NCBI GenBank assembly: GCA_028534125.1
Contig: CM052826.1
Location: 7,936,001 to 8,000,000 of the forward strand
Direction of reading: 5' to 3'
DNA: 64,000 nucleotides
Source: Lama glama
Taxonomy: Eukaryota
Shown: positions 40,301-54,900 of the stretch, piece after piece
How positions within the stretch are numbered: the first letter of the stretch is position 1
Layout: each line of letters begins with the position of its first letter
Translations under genes and position numbers: made by a program
Notes under the pieces: generated by a model
The model's input: only the letters and a program-made list of their open reading frames with translations
Databases searched by the model: none
What the model was told of the DNA's origin: nothing

Positions 40301-43300
40301 GGCTACGGGCCAAAGACGGGAGATACCCAGCAGAGGGCACTTGGTGTGCAGATGTGTGGCATCAGGCCAGGAGAACGGATTACTTGTATTCAGAAAAAAA
40401 TGCCCTGACTTTCTGCATCCATGAAATGGAATGAACACAATTTGCCTTGCAGGGCTGTTTGTAAGATTAGATGACACAGCAAATAAGGTTTTTTGTTTTT
40501 TGTTTTGGCGGGGGCGGTAGTGAGCAATCTAATTAGCATATGAAACTCTAGACTCTGGGTGGGGAAATCCCCACCCCATGACTCCTGATGGGAGACAAAG
40601 CCCACCTTCCACTAATGAAGCAGAGGAAGTCCCAGAGTCTTGCTTTCATGGCCTCCCTTGCAGCTAGAAGCAGGCACAGGACTAGACTTTGACAATTAAA
40701 TGCAACTGTCCTGGTCTCTGAATCAGAGCCTGGTAAATCAGACCTCTGCGACTGAGCCACGTGGATTTAACCAGGCCACTCTCTTCTGTTCCATGAGCAT
40801 CAGTGTTTGTCAGTATCTCAGGAAGAAGCCCTTGGTGGTGAGCAGTGGCAGCGGCGGCAGCAGCAGCCAGAGCTCCCACGACCTCTCGCAGCGGCAGGAG
40901 TCTAGTGGAGGAGGTGTCCATGCTGCCCCAAGGCAGCGGGGAGTCCAGCCAGGGCCCCGTTCCACGGCGGCACTCTCGATGTCCTCCCCTGACAGTCTCT
41001 GTGGCATGGTTTTGGTGGTGGTCTAGTTGGCCTTGTTCCTGCCTCATTTCTGAGGCTGGTTCTACAGCCTCCTGATGAATACATGAACTACTCAATTTCC
41101 TTTCTAAAAACTTCTTCCTTGCATATATTGGTCACAGTCTGTTTCTGTTGCTTGCTGTTAAGAACCCTGACTGGTACAGGACTTGGTACTAGGGAGTCGA
41201 GTGCTATGAACCACAGACTGGAAGGCATGGAGCTGGCTGGCTCCTGGAGGCAGGATGCAGCACAGCACAGACACCAATATTCCCTGTTGGGAATATGATA
41301 AGGCTCATTCTGTGCGTGAAAAACGGGGATACACTGTTTCCTGTTGTATCTTGGGAGACAGACTGCCTGCCTACAGAGTTTTAATGGAAATGATAGGAAA
41401 AAAAAAATTAAGATATTGCACTGTTGGCTACTTCTCGTGGCCTTGAGTAATAGTCTACAGGAAACAGATGAGCTGGGGCTGAAGTGTAGTTAGAAAGCAA
41501 AGAAGGAAAAATATATGGCTTTGCCAAGAAAGGCCCTTTCTGCCTGCGGCATGGGGTCCGTAGACTGCGAATTTCTTAATCTGCAGCCCAGCAGGGTTGG
41601 AACCTGGTCCAGGTAATAGAACAGGGGAAAGGTCCAGTACAGTGCTGGGTGCATTACAGGTGCTTAATAAATGGGACCGGAGCTCTCTGTTATTCAAGGA
41701 TGCCCATCCTGGAAAAGGCCACTTCAAGTGAATCCATTTACACAGGGGACCAGAATTTTATAGCAAATATTGAGGAGGAAAGTCCAACTTTTTAGTTAGA
41801 AAAGAGAAACATTTTACAAAAGTAATATTTCATGTCTTCCATGTGGCAAAATTACAACTGCATCCTAATCCTGATGAAAAAGGACAAATCAAACGCTCAT
41901 TCCCTTTAGTGTGATTTTGCTAACCAGTAAGATCCTTCCCTTTGTGTTTGATTCCACTGCACCTTCATAAAGGCGGTAGTTTCGCCAAAAAAAAAAAAAA
42001 AAAAAACCAGATTATCCATTTTCCTAAGGGCTTTTCTAAATCCTTCAAATTATTCACATTTGAAACACGGAGAGGATTTTCCTCCTCCTCAGCTCTGCAC
42101 TGGCTTAACTGCAGGATTCTTCACTTGCGATTCAGGAATTCCCTCATGTTAAAACCACATTCAGGGACTGCAGGAAACCCTGCGCCTTTCGCCAAGATAC
42201 ACAGTTACGTTGCATGTGCTCATGTTGACTTTTCAGATGCTTAGAACCTCAACCCTGCTAGCTGGAGGTCTGACACAGAAGGGAGGGGTTTATGTTAATT
42301 CTGGGAGGGACTGCGGGGAATGCTTTTGTGGGGACTAATTTGATAGGTAGCCAGGAAATTAGTGAAACTGTCATGTTATGAAAAAATTAGCTCCTCTACT
42401 CAAGTGTATTAATCGTCAGACTTGGATACCAAATATCAAATATTGAAACCACCATATCCCATCTCCCTCCCAAATGCCAGTAGGCAGGTGGGTGGCAGGT
42501 TGATGATGGGGGTGCCTCCCTTGTGACGACTCACTGGAACACTAGGCAGGAGGGTTCTGTTTATGCCTTTTGTTACTGCTCACGGGTTCTGCATGGCAGA
42601 GGGCAAGGAAGGATGCTGACACGTCATTTGAGCCTCAGTTACAGGGTCTGGTTCTGCAGCCCCAGCAACCAGCATGACTCCTCAGATATGGGAAGGGCGC
42701 AAACCCTCCGTTCCCAGAGGGCTGGCAGAGAGAGGGGGTAGATTCATTGGAGAGCCAACCAGGGGTACGTGGGAGCCAAGCCTACTTCAGGGCTTTGAAA
42801 TCCAGCAGGGTCTGCAAGAGCAGGTCAGCAACAGAACTAGGTTAAAGAGGACCAGGTGGAGGCCAGAGTAAACTTGAGGGCGCCCTCCCCTCCACTCAGC
42901 CCGGGGCAGCGGCCCCCACAGCTCAGTTCCAGCCAATTGTCACCAAGACAGAATGTGTAGCTCGTGGTGCCAGACAGCCCTTTTTTTTTCCCCCTCAAGA
43001 GAAACGGGAATTTAATCTTCATTTTTCTTTTATTTTTAATTGAATTTCCTAAGTTTTCAATGTTATCAAAAAGTTTGATTAAAAAAACCCTTAAACCCAT
43101 GACTAAATAATCCTGGTCTGCTGCTCTTGTGCAACCCCAGGCTGCATGCTGGACTCGCCCTGGAGGAGGAAGAACGTCCATCAGGGACGGTGAGGGTCAG
43201 TCTGATCCCAGCAAGCGGTGTGGAAGGGCAGGGCGTGGACACGGAGGGGAGATGGGTCGGAAGTAGGAAAAACACTGGCCATGCACTGGTTACCAAGCCT

Positions 43301-45898
43301 TTCCCACACTGTAGCGAATTCAGTCCTTAAAACACCTCCATGGAGTCAGTCTACTAACTCCACGAGGAATGTGAGGCTCAGAGACGTTAAGGCGCCCGAG
43401 GACGCCGGGCAGCGTGCGCGGAACCGGGATGTGCGCCCAGAACCCTGGGCTCCCGGCTACTCCGCGGGAAGCGGTGCTCTGGGCAAGGGGGATGGCGCCC
43501 GTGGCTGCTTACCCGGCACACGTACTGGCTCTGAGGTCCCGGGGAGAAGGTCTTGGAGCGGATGATGGTGCTCCCTCGAAGAAATGGCCCTGGGGCTGGC
43601 GTGCCCACCCGCCGATCCTTGGGCCGCACGACCGTGGGAGACGGGGCCGGGGTCTCTGTGTTGGTCTCTTTGTCCACCTGAGGAAGAAGCCACAGCTCTG
43701 AGGCCACCTGCCAGGTCCGCAGTGCCAGCCACCCAGCCCAAGACTCACGGGGGAGACTCCCCACCTGCTCCCCACTCCTGTCACCTGGCCTTTGGCCCTC
43801 AGACACAGCTGGGGGCTTTTGAGGCCCCAGCCCAGCCAGGACGGCACCCAAGGCCCCGAGTGCCAGTCCCCAGTCCTCCCTGACACCTGTAGGCTGGGGC
43901 TGTGGGAGATAGTGAGTCTCGCACAAGCTCACGTGAGCAGTGGAGGTACCTCCAGCACGGATGTCCTGGACTTCACACCCTCGAGACTTAGGCGTCAACC
44001 ACATTCTGACAAAGCCACACCCAGAGCCTCGCCACCCCAGCTAATGTCTCCTTGCAGCTGTGGGGGCAACCCGCCAAGCTTGTTTTTAAGCTGGGTGGCC
44101 AGGTTGTCTATTGTCCTTTTACAGCAGTTACCAGCAGAGATAAGCAAACAAAAACACCCAAATGAAGGGCCTCGGTGAGTCTAAGCAGTGCCTTTGTGCA
44201 ATTTTGAAAAAGGCACCCCCCTCTGGCCGGAGAAACTGCAGAAAGACCGCCCCTTGGTGTGGAGCAGTTAGAAGGCAGGCCTGGGGGTTTCTTCCAGCTC
44301 CCCCACCTCCCCGGGTCAGGCGCCTTTGTGCAGTGCACAACCGGCAGCTCCACCCTCACCGGCCCTGCTCAAACACAATGGGGTGCTCTACTGCCAGGAG
44401 GCCTGATGGTGGAAAGAACACGAGATCTCTTGGAGCATGAAGCCTGTTCTAACAGGTCACCCCAGTGCAGCAGGGAAACAGGAGGCGAGAGGAACTTGAC
44501 TAGACACCCCCTCCTTTCCCATCGCATGTCCAACAGATCTAAGCGGAGAAGTCCATTTAGAACCCATCTGCAAGGACGGTATTCCTGTGTCCATTTTAGA
44601 GACGAGAAAGTGAAGGCCTGAGAGGGATGGAGTCATCCGCCTAGGGTGGAGCAGAGCCAGCATCTGAACCCAGACCCTTCTCCTACACAGCTTGAGGTCT
44701 GCCCAGAGAAACGGGAACTGCACAAGGCAGGAGAGATGAGGGGGCCAGTCAGCCTCGCAAAACTGCCTTACTGTTGCCAAAATGACCCCAATTCCAGACA
44801 GGGACACTCCTGCATGACCTTTTGCAGGTCACCACACTCTGATGCTAGGACTTAATGCCAAGCCTTTTCTGACTGCTTGGGCTCAAGGATTGAGGGCTGT
44901 TTCCCCAAGACAGCCCTCCCCATGTCCCCGGCCCTCCTTACTTTTACCGCCGGGCATTCGTCCATATCTGGTGAGACTTTCTCAGCAAAAACGTCCTCCT
45001 CTTCCCCCTCCTCCTCCTCGTCCTCGTCCACTGCTGCCTCATTCTCACTCGTCTCCTCCTCGTACCTCCTGTGATGACAAGGCACCTGGTTACCCACAGC
45101 GCCCACTCTGATCTGCTCACCTGCCTTTACGTGCATCCAGGGCAGGGCTTCCAAGCATTGTCAGGACTGAGGACACATCTTTTAAAAAACATCCATTTCA
45201 GGGAGGTACAATTTACATACAACAAAATGCATTTCCAGTATGTATAGTTTGATGAGTTTTGAGCAATGTGTTCCCCTGGGAAAGCGTGACCACACTCAAG
45301 ATCTAGAATGCTCCATCACCCGGAAGGGCTCCCTTGTACCCCTTCCCAGTTACCCTCTCCCCACCCCCAGCCCACCACTGACCAGCGTTCTGTCCCTACA
45401 GATTAAATCAGATTTTTCCTGCATTTCATAGAAATGGAATCAGACAGGATGTGCTCTTTTGTCTCTGGCTCCATTCTCTCAGCATAATGTCTCTGAGATT
45501 TGTCCATGGCGGTGCATGTTACCCATCGTTCACTCCTTCCTACTGTTGAGTAATGTTGCATTGGATGGAGACACTACACTGTTTAGCTGTGTATCAGGCG
45601 ATAAACATTTGGTTTGTTTCCATTTCTTAGCAAGTATGAATAAAGCTTCTACTGACATTTACCTACAAGTCTGTGGAGACACAGGATTTCATTTCTCTTG
45701 GACACTGTATTCGTTTACTGGGGCTGCCATAACATAATACCTCAGACTGGCTGGCTCAAATGACAGAAATTTANNNNNNNNNNNNNNNNNNNNNNNNNNN
45801 NNNNNNNNNNNNNNNNNNNNNNNNNNNNNNNNNNNNNNNNNNNNNNNNNNNNNNNNNNNNNNNNNNNNNNNNNGAATTTTGGGAGGAAAGAATTCGAC

Positions 45899-45957
<59 letters not shown>

Positions 45958-48900
45958 AAAGTAGAATTGCTGGGTCATACAATAAATTTATCCTTTTAAG
46001 AAACTGATGAACTGGTCTTCCAACATGGTTGTGCCATTTTATGTTCCCACCAGAAATGCTATGAGAATTCCAGTTCCTCATTTACACTTGGCACTGCCAG
46101 TCTTTAAATTTAGTCATTCAGCCGGGTGTGTATTCATATCTGCTTGTGGCCTTAAGGTGCACTTTCCCGTTGAGAATATTTTCCTGCATTTTTTGGCCAT
46201 TCATATTTTCTTTTGCAAGGTGTCTGCTAGAATTTTTAGCCCATTTAAAAATTGGGTTGTCTCTTTACTACTGAGTTGTAAGAGTTCATGATATAGTCTA
46301 GATATCAATCCTTTGCAAATATTTTCTCCACGTCTGTGGCTTGCCTTTTTCTTTTCCAAATGGTGTCTTCCCCAAGAACAGAAGCTTTTGGTTGTGATAA
46401 TGTCCAGTTCATCAGTTTTTCTCTTTAATGGTTTGTGCTTTTTGTGTTGTACCTAAGACATCTTTCCCCATCCCCAAATTGCAAAGACTTTCTCCTGTAT
46501 TTTCTTTCAGGAGTTTTCCAGTTTCAACTTTTATATTTAGCTCTATGATCCATTTCAGATTAAAATTTGTACATGGTGCTCAAAGACTATTTTTTTTCTA
46601 TACAGATATCCAGTGGGGTTCCAGCACCATTTGTTGAAGAAACGTTATTTTTGATGACACTCTTCATAACCATCCTTTCCCCTCGGACTTCAGGGTTGGA
46701 AGGAGTTGGTGTGACCAGGGGATGCATTTATTAATCAGTCATTGATCTCTATTCCCATCTTTACTTTCCAAAGACATACATAACCGCTAGGCTTCTGATC
46801 AGCAGGAGACAGTACTGCCATACTGAGCTGAAGGAATTCCAGCCCAAAGCAGAGAATCTGACATCTAGTTAGTTGGCTCAGGGAGACTGTGGGTAAACAT
46901 CAAATCTCCCTTAGGATTTCCCCAACAGGGAGAACAGATCTTGGCTCTCTGTCTATCCCCAGCCTGGTGATGAAAACCTCCCTCACACTTAGATGGGAGC
47001 TCTTGCTATGGAGGGGCCTCTGCCCGCCCTCCTTTGCTCCCTCGGCCTCTTGGTCCACGTGGAGAAGAGCCTTTAAATGTGGGCACTCGCGAGGAGTGCC
47101 CCGTGAGGATTCTGCAGATGCCACGTGAACCAGCAGTGACGGGGGGCTTGGGGAGCTCCAGGTGCTGTGCTGAGGCCTTACGACCACGCTGAAAGCGACT
47201 CTCAGCTCCATTTTACAGATTCAAAAGCTGAGGACCAGACAGTGGACAGGGCTTGTCCAGTGTCACCGGCCGCTAGGCGGGACAGCCAGGTTTCCAACCC
47301 GAGTTTCTCCAGCTCCGCTAAGCGCTCAACCGCACGGGAAGTCTTCTTTTGTGACTGAGAAGCTGATCTAAATATTTTCCAGGAAGAAAAAAAGAAAATC
47401 CATTGTAAAGAGAAACACATCTTTTCACCCTTTGGCAAAGTGGCCAAAATAATAATAATAAATAAAAATAATACATATGTATGTGATAATATCAAGTGCT
47501 GATGAGGGTTTGGGAAGAAGGCACATACCCCTGTGGGAAGTGTTAATTAGACCAGCCAATTTACTCTCTAAAGTCAGTTTAGCAGTATTTGCTAAAATAA
47601 AACCAGTACATATTCTTTATGAAGTCCCGCTGTTTGATGATGTTGACTGTCAGGTTGTCGGTGTGGGGGTAACTCTCGATCCCTGCTGGTGGGAGCTTTT
47701 ACTAAAAGTACACTCTTATCTGAGAATGATTCTGTAAGGCCTAATAAAATATAAAACACACATGCCCTGGGGCCCAGCAAGGCACTTCTCAGCCTCTGTC
47801 CTCAACACACACACACACAAGCTGGCAAGGATGCACAGGCAAGGGTTATCACTTTAGCAGTGTTTGCGATGATATTCTCCTATATTTCCTAATGCTCTAA
47901 GAGTTTCGTTTTGCCTGTGGATTTTAAAAAAGATCCAGTCCTCTGAGTATATGCACTAAAGAAGCCTAAACAAATAAAAGGAGGGAGTAACAAAGGCACC
48001 CCCCCTCCCTTGGGTCTTGGGTGCAGGGGAGATGGGAGCCAGTCTTTGGAGCCCTCCATACTGGACTCCAGGGCTGAGCCGGCACCACAGAGCTAGTTAA
48101 CATTCCGGGACCAAAGGAAGCCTCCAGGCTGTGGGGGAGGGACTGCAGATGGATTCACCCCAGGGATTCCCAGCCCTCTTTGTAAGTCAGTGTCTAGGGA
48201 AGTTTGAATGGCAAAGGGTAGGGGAGAGGGGGCCACAAAGGGAGAGAGAACAGAAGGCGGTTGCTAGGAGATGATGTGAAAAGTCTCAGCACAAGCTTGG
48301 AATCTGGCGGAAACCACTGATCTTGTGCCAGGGTTTGGGCAGACAGGTCCTGGGCCTATTTCCGGCACCAGACCATTGCAGTGCGCCAGAGAGAGGGAAA
48401 GAGAGGGAGATGGAGCGAGAGAGAAGTAGAGAGAAGGGAAGAGGGAGGCAGGAAAGAAGGGAGAGAGGGAGAGAGAGGGAGAGAGAGGAGGAGGCGGGAG
48501 GGAGGGAAAGGGAAGCAGAGCGGGGAGAGAGAGACAGACAGGAAGGGACAGAGAGAGAGAGAAATTGAGACAATTTAGAGAAAACCCTAAAACAAATGAA
48601 CATACAAAAATTTAGGAACACTGCCCTATTCTTTATCAACATGGAGGAATAAACAGTAAAAGAATAATAGAGGGGGTCACCCGGGGGCTAAATCCAATCT
48701 CCTGCCAGTTTTTAGACAGTCCAAGGTGCAGGCTACGAATGGCTTTTACATTTTTAAATGGCTGAAAAAAAAAAATCAAAAAGAGAATGACTTGTCATGA
48801 CATGTGCAAATTATGTGCAATTCAGATTTCGGTGTCCATAAACCAAGTTTCAGGGACAGAGTCCCGGTGGGCGGTGTGTGCACATCCGTGGTCGCCTTCA

Positions 48901-51900
48901 CACAGCGACAGCAGCGCTGAGTGGATGGGACAGAATCCGCACGGCCCCAAAAGCAGGCATTTTCTACCCGGCCCTTTGCAGAACACATGCGCTGACCCCT
49001 GGAGTAAAACCTGCTAAGGAAAGACCCCTTCCGAGGCCAAAGGTATACTTTGGGGCTGGAACAGAATAACACAGAAGAGTCACTGAGTACTTCCTGTAGG
49101 TCTGGGTCTGTGTTAAGTGCTTACCATGCATACTTTCTTCAGTCTCCAAAATACCCCAGGTGTGGAGGCTATTCCTTACATCTGTATCTCACAGATGGGG
49201 AAACAAGGGTTGGAGTCAGGTTCTCAATCCAGGCTTCATGTTAGAATCACCCAGGAAGTGTTTACACCTCTTGATGCTCAGGGCTCACCCAGACCTAGGA
49301 TCCCACAGGGAGCTGGCTGAGCGAGACTCCGAGCCCACATCTGTGAATTCAGAGCACCCACACTCCAGCCCAAAGACATTTCCTCCTAAGCGGAGAGGTT
49401 CAGAGGCTGGGCTCCCCTTCCAGCAGGTCTCCAGCAATGCTCTTCCTTGTCTCCCTGGTAAGAATTTCTACTGTCGCTTGAGCGCCTACCATGAGCTTTG
49501 CACAACTTTCTCACTGACTTTTCCTTCAGTCCCTTCGGATCACCCCGCACAGTCGGTGTGATGTCCCCACTTCTCAGCGGAGGATCAGACCAGGTCAGAA
49601 GGACTTGCCTGACAGTGTTTGCTCCTAAGGGGCAGGGCAGTGAGTGGGAGGAAGCACAGAGCGGGCTTCTGGGGAGCTGGAGATGGTCTGCCCCTCGATC
49701 TGGGTGCTGCATCCACGGGGAGTTTGGTTTCTGAAAATCCACTGAGCTGATGTGAAGTTTTCCGTATGTATGTTATGTTGCAATAAAAAGTTAACAAATG
49801 CTCTGCCTAAGGTCACACAGAAAAGGTAGGATTTGAACCCTAGCCTACATCACTGTTTCCTAAAGTGCGTGATGCGGGCCTTCTGTCGGTAAACAGGGGA
49901 CTGCAGAACGCGATCACACAGTGAGAAGGCTGTGTCCTGCTGGCTTTCCCTTCAGACCTGCTTCCATCAAGGAGGGAGTCTCTCTTGGGCAGCAGCATGC
50001 CTTGAATTCTGCTGAAGCCCTCACCAACCTGCCTTTTTAACAACAGGAGAAAAGACCTTAGCTTTAGAACCTTGGCAAGCAATGCACCCAGCTCGACTTT
50101 AACACTCTTTTTGTATTTTCATTACGTTTAATCTTCCCAGTTACTTGCTAAGGCAGCTTTGACTCATGGACTAATCCATTCCTACTTTCTTCCTTAGTCA
50201 CAGAATTCTGATTTTTGTACCAACTAAGAGGACTCACTTTCCAGTTTCTCTTGCAGTCAGGTGGACCAAGTAGTAAGCTCGGCCAATGAAAAGCAAATGA
50301 AAATTGCTGGGTGGGGTTTGCAGGAGTGCTCCTTGGGTTAAAGGCACGCAGGCACACTCTGTTGTCTCTCCTCTTTCCTGATGCCTGCCTGATGGCTGGT
50401 GACTCGGCAGCCATTCTGGGCTTAGCAGCCTTGATGATGGAGGTCACACAGTAAGTAAGGACAGCAAAGCAGAATGAGAGAAAGAGCCTGGGTTCCCAGT
50501 AATATTACAGGGCTGACAGACGAGCCTTGGATTCTCTTCTCCCGTTCTTCTTTTTAAGTAATAAAGAAATAAATCTCTGTCTTATTTAAGTCTATTATTT
50601 CTGCTTTCTATTCCCAGCAGTCAAATGCAATTCCTTACTGAGGAATCTTCGATTTTTAGCAGATTGTATTTATTTTCCAGTTTTAGTGTCATAAAGCTTC
50701 TTAATTTTTTTTTTAAAAACCAAAATAAATGTAAGTGCATCAAGACAAACACTCGCAGGAGAACACTCCTCTTGGTTGCCCTGGTGTTTGGGGATCTCAT
50801 CCCTGGGCCCAGGTCCAAGCCAGGTCAGTTCCCAGGGGAGCCCTCACTTACCAGCTGTCTTCCAGGGTCTGTGTGCTGTTCCTTCCCTCCTGCCTCTTCT
50901 CCAGCTCCACGGCTGTCTGTTCCAACAGAGCAGACACAGCATCCTGAGGAGACAAAGACATGCGTCCATCTGGGCACTGTGGACATAGCCCCACCTGGCA
51001 GGAATCAGAGCGACCGACCCTCCCAGTGAATGGAGGGTAAAATCGAAGACCAGAATCAGTCTTGCCGTAAAGTCACATAAATTGGAAATACGGTCCTTAG
51101 TTCTTCTAACTGACCATTCTCCTGAGAACAACCCCTGTATGCATGGGTAGAGTTTGGAAGCCAGCTAAGTTTAGTGTTTGAGTGAGACAGAATTACAGGT
51201 CTCCGGATGTAAGGAGATCATAGCGTTGTAAAGGGAGACCATCCCATAAACCATCAGCAACAAGACAATCTGTGACTGTGAGAGAGATAAGTACTGGGTG
51301 TTTGGGAACAGAGGAATGGTGGCAAAGCTAGCCTGGGGAGGTTGCATTCAGGGAAGGCTTCCTGGAGGAAGAGCATTTATCCTGAATGGTGTCTACAGTG
51401 AGGAAGCCTGTGTGAATTGAGGAAATTAACCTCTCTGGGACTCAGTTCCTTCTAATAACTACTCCACCTCGGATGCCCAGCCATCTCCAGTTCTGGGAGA
51501 GGCTCTTCCTTCCATCCAGCCAGGTGTTGCATTTGCAGAAGGGCATGGAGCTGTGGCCTGGCTCACCGTGCTTTCAGGCCCCGGGGTGGTGGCCACGGCT
51601 CCTGCTGACTTGGGCTCCCTGCTCTGTTTCTTCAAGTACTTGTAGCTCAGGAGGTTGTACCAGCGAGTCGACCTCTCCCCAGACCGGCAGACCTCAGCCA
51701 GGCTGATCTGGGCACCTCCCTGTTGAGGAAGGGAGAAAAAGAGAGCATAAGTTGGGGGGGGGTGTGACAAGGTGTTGAGGGAACTTGGCTTCTGGGTGAG
51801 GTATGGAAAACACCTCTCCAGGTGAGGTGGAAGCTTCCGGGAAGGAAGAAAGGGCCAGGTGTTAATCATTTCCAATAACTCACTCACTAACGCATTTGTG

Positions 51901-54900
51901 CATTGATTTGTGTGGGTTCTTTACATATTTGGGATACAAACCCCTTATCAGATACATGATTTGCAAACATTCTCTCCCATTCAGCAGGCTGCCTTTTCAT
52001 TTTGTGGATGATTTCCTTGGCTGTGCAAAAGCTTTTTCATTTGATGTAGTCCCAATTGTTCATTTTTGCTTTTGTTAACTTTGCTTTTGGGTATCAGAGT
52101 CAAAAAAGTCATGACCAAGAATGATGTCAAGGAAAAAGATTTTGAACAACTCCAAGCTCCAGCCACAGGGGCTAGAGGAATAAACTATAAGATACTTATC
52201 CAGTGGAATATTATATACCTATGTATAAAAAAATAAGGAAGCTCTCTAGGTACTGATGGGGAGAGTTCTCCAGGCTATATTATTAAGAGAAAAGAGAGAA
52301 TAGTGTGGAACCAAATACACAGTGCAGTACTTTTTGTCCAAGAAATGGAGAGAGGGTAAGTATATAGACACATATATCCTCTCTCTCTATATATATTTGC
52401 ACCATATTTGAGGTGCAAGGGAGCGTGAACATGATCACATAATCATATACAATAAGAGATAAGAAATATAAAGAAAAACCAGTCCAAGTGGCTACCTATC
52501 TAGGGGAGGTGGGAGGGGCGAGGGGAGTGGTATTTCCCCTCAGTAAAACTTTTCATACAGTTTCTCTGACTCATGTAAATGGATCCGTTAAGATGAAAAC
52601 AAATTACCACCAATTCACCTAACTGAATATAGCCCCAGAGAGAGAGGATTTATTTCAAGTGACTTAATATTTTTACTGTATGTTTAGCATTCATCCTTCG
52701 TGGAAAGAACTACGAAATAATTTGAATTACTCCTCAGAGGTCTTAACATTTCAACACACCCCCTTTTGCAGAATCCAGACTAGGTTTGGGGGGTCTAGTA
52801 CATTCACTGTCCCCACACGCAGGGGGCGCTGTGCCAGTGGGTGGTGGAGACACCGGGAGCCTGCGTGTGACCGGGACCCGTGGCCATGCGATGGCTCAGG
52901 ATGGGGCCTGGGATGAGGAGGCAACTCTTCAATCCACCTGGGATCCTTTCTTTCAGTTTCTCCCCCTCTCAGGATGTACTGGGGCCTGGCAGGGGCTGTG
53001 TGAAGCCACTGTGTGGCTAAAGGTGACCTCTAGGAGAAGAGTGGTGAGTAGGTGGAGGAAACAAGGCAAGTTAACTCCTATCTGCAGAGTCATTTCAGGA
53101 GCTAAATACCTGGCACATTTTAGGCACCTAGATAAATTTAAGTATACACAAATACGTGTATATATCACTCATTGGTTTATTTAATAAGTGTTCTTTGAGC
53201 CCTTCGCAGACTCCTGGGAGACAGACAAATACAGTGTACATCACAGTTGAGAATATGCCAGGCCATGTTTGAGGGGCAACGGGGAATGAATATAATGATG
53301 GCTTTCAGGGGCGATGCTGCCATTGGATTATGCTAATTTCAACAAAATTCACTGTCTATTTTGGGCTGACTGGTAGGTGTGCATATGGTCTGCCTTGGTA
53401 AACTGGATGCCTATGTTGATGGCATTTACGCATTTTTTTTCATTCATTCATTGAACAAACACACATTCGCCCAGCAGACTCTACGTGCCAGGCATTGTTC
53501 TGGGAGCTGAGGATACAGCAGGACTGAAGGCAGAGGAAAAATCCCTGCCTTCATGAGTGTACAGGCCAGTCTGGAGGAATCAGATAATCAATAAGAAAAT
53601 TCTGCATTGTGCTTTGCAGAGTCTAAGATGCCATCAATTATAAAGTGTACTATCATCTCATGCACAACTAAGAAAGAAAAATAGTTGCCAATTAAACTAT
53701 GACCTGCCACCCAGTGTACACTGCATCTTGATTTCACAGATGATCAAATGTGAAAATCACATGCACCTTAATATCTACGATGTAGAGAAACGTTGGGTCA
53801 GGGAAAGAGCTGCCGAGGAAATCACACAGGGAACGGGGACAGGAGGGGATGAGAGAGGGGAGGGGACAATGTCATTATAAATAGGGTGGAAGGAGGTCCT
53901 CACAGAGAAGGTGACATCTGGGTCAAGGTCAGAAGGAGGCAAGGGAGTGAGATTTGCCCATTCATAGCTGGGAGGAGAAAGTTCTGTTCGGCAGTGCAAA
54001 GGGCTGGACTAGGGGGCGTGCTGTTGTAGCCAAGGGGCACAAGGAGGCTGGAGGAAGAGTCCTGGGGACAGATCGAGAGATAACAAGGAGCAGATCCCGG
54101 AGGCCCTGGGGGGCCAGGCCGAGGCCCGGGTGTTGACTCGAGGTGGAGACAGAGGCACGCCTTTAGTCATCCAAACCCATAATCCAGGTAGAAGACGACG
54201 ATGGTGATGTGTGACAAAGCTGGAATCTGTGTTTAAATCCAGACTTGTCCACCTACTCGCTGGGTGACCTGGGCCAGTTATTGAGCCTTTCTGGGCCTGG
54301 AGAAGTGGAGATAATTCTTACGTTGCTTCCTAGGGCTGAGCTGAGCATTAAATGAGATACGGCACGCAGAGCTCTTAGCCCAGCACTGGACACACACATA
54401 CTGCTCAGGATGGGTACCACTGTCCTTGCCCGGCTGGTGAAATGGCTCAAAATAGACCAGAGATTCCACAAAGCCAGCAGTGCGGGGAGACCCTGCGTGG
54501 GAGCTGACAGCCCTTCTTCTCGTGTGTCACTTTCTCGCCTCCTCCAGCCACCAAGACACGACAGCCTGACACTCCGCGTCCCCACGGGATCCGGGAAAGT
54601 AGGCTTCCCGTTGGCCACGGACAGAGACAAGCCACGGCGGGATGAGCGCTTTGGCTGCTGCCATGGCAACCAGCAACGGCCAGGCTTCAATTAGGAGGGA
54701 GGAATAAAAGGCATCCAATTAGGAGAAGAAAACAGGACTGAGCCGCTCCTCATTTCGGAACGCTCGGGGCTGAGGACACGCTTCACTGGAGGAGCCCAGG
54801 CTCGGAAAAGCTTTCCGCTCCAGCCTTCAGCATCCACCCACCTGCTTGCCAAATGCTTCAGTCACCTTCCCTTCCACCTGTGGGCTACAGCGAGCACCGT

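Larger units (their letters stand above)
45180..46650 (-). mobile_element. LINE-1 3' region, antisense, interrupted by an MLT1 end, an N gap and (TA)n
   Basis: aatttacatacaacaaaatgca, tttcatagaaatggaatca, gtagaattgctgggtcata, ccagcaccatttgttgaa. Confidence 0.8.

Noticed and set aside
40682-41095. Cluster of ORFs with Ala/Ser/Gly runs, possible retrocopy
   Set aside because: They lie within what looks like an old ERVL-type LTR. No recognisable protein, poly(A) tail or TSD.
48286-48642. Arg/Glu-rich and Ser/Leu-rich ORFs
   Set aside because: Translations of the GA low-complexity tract.
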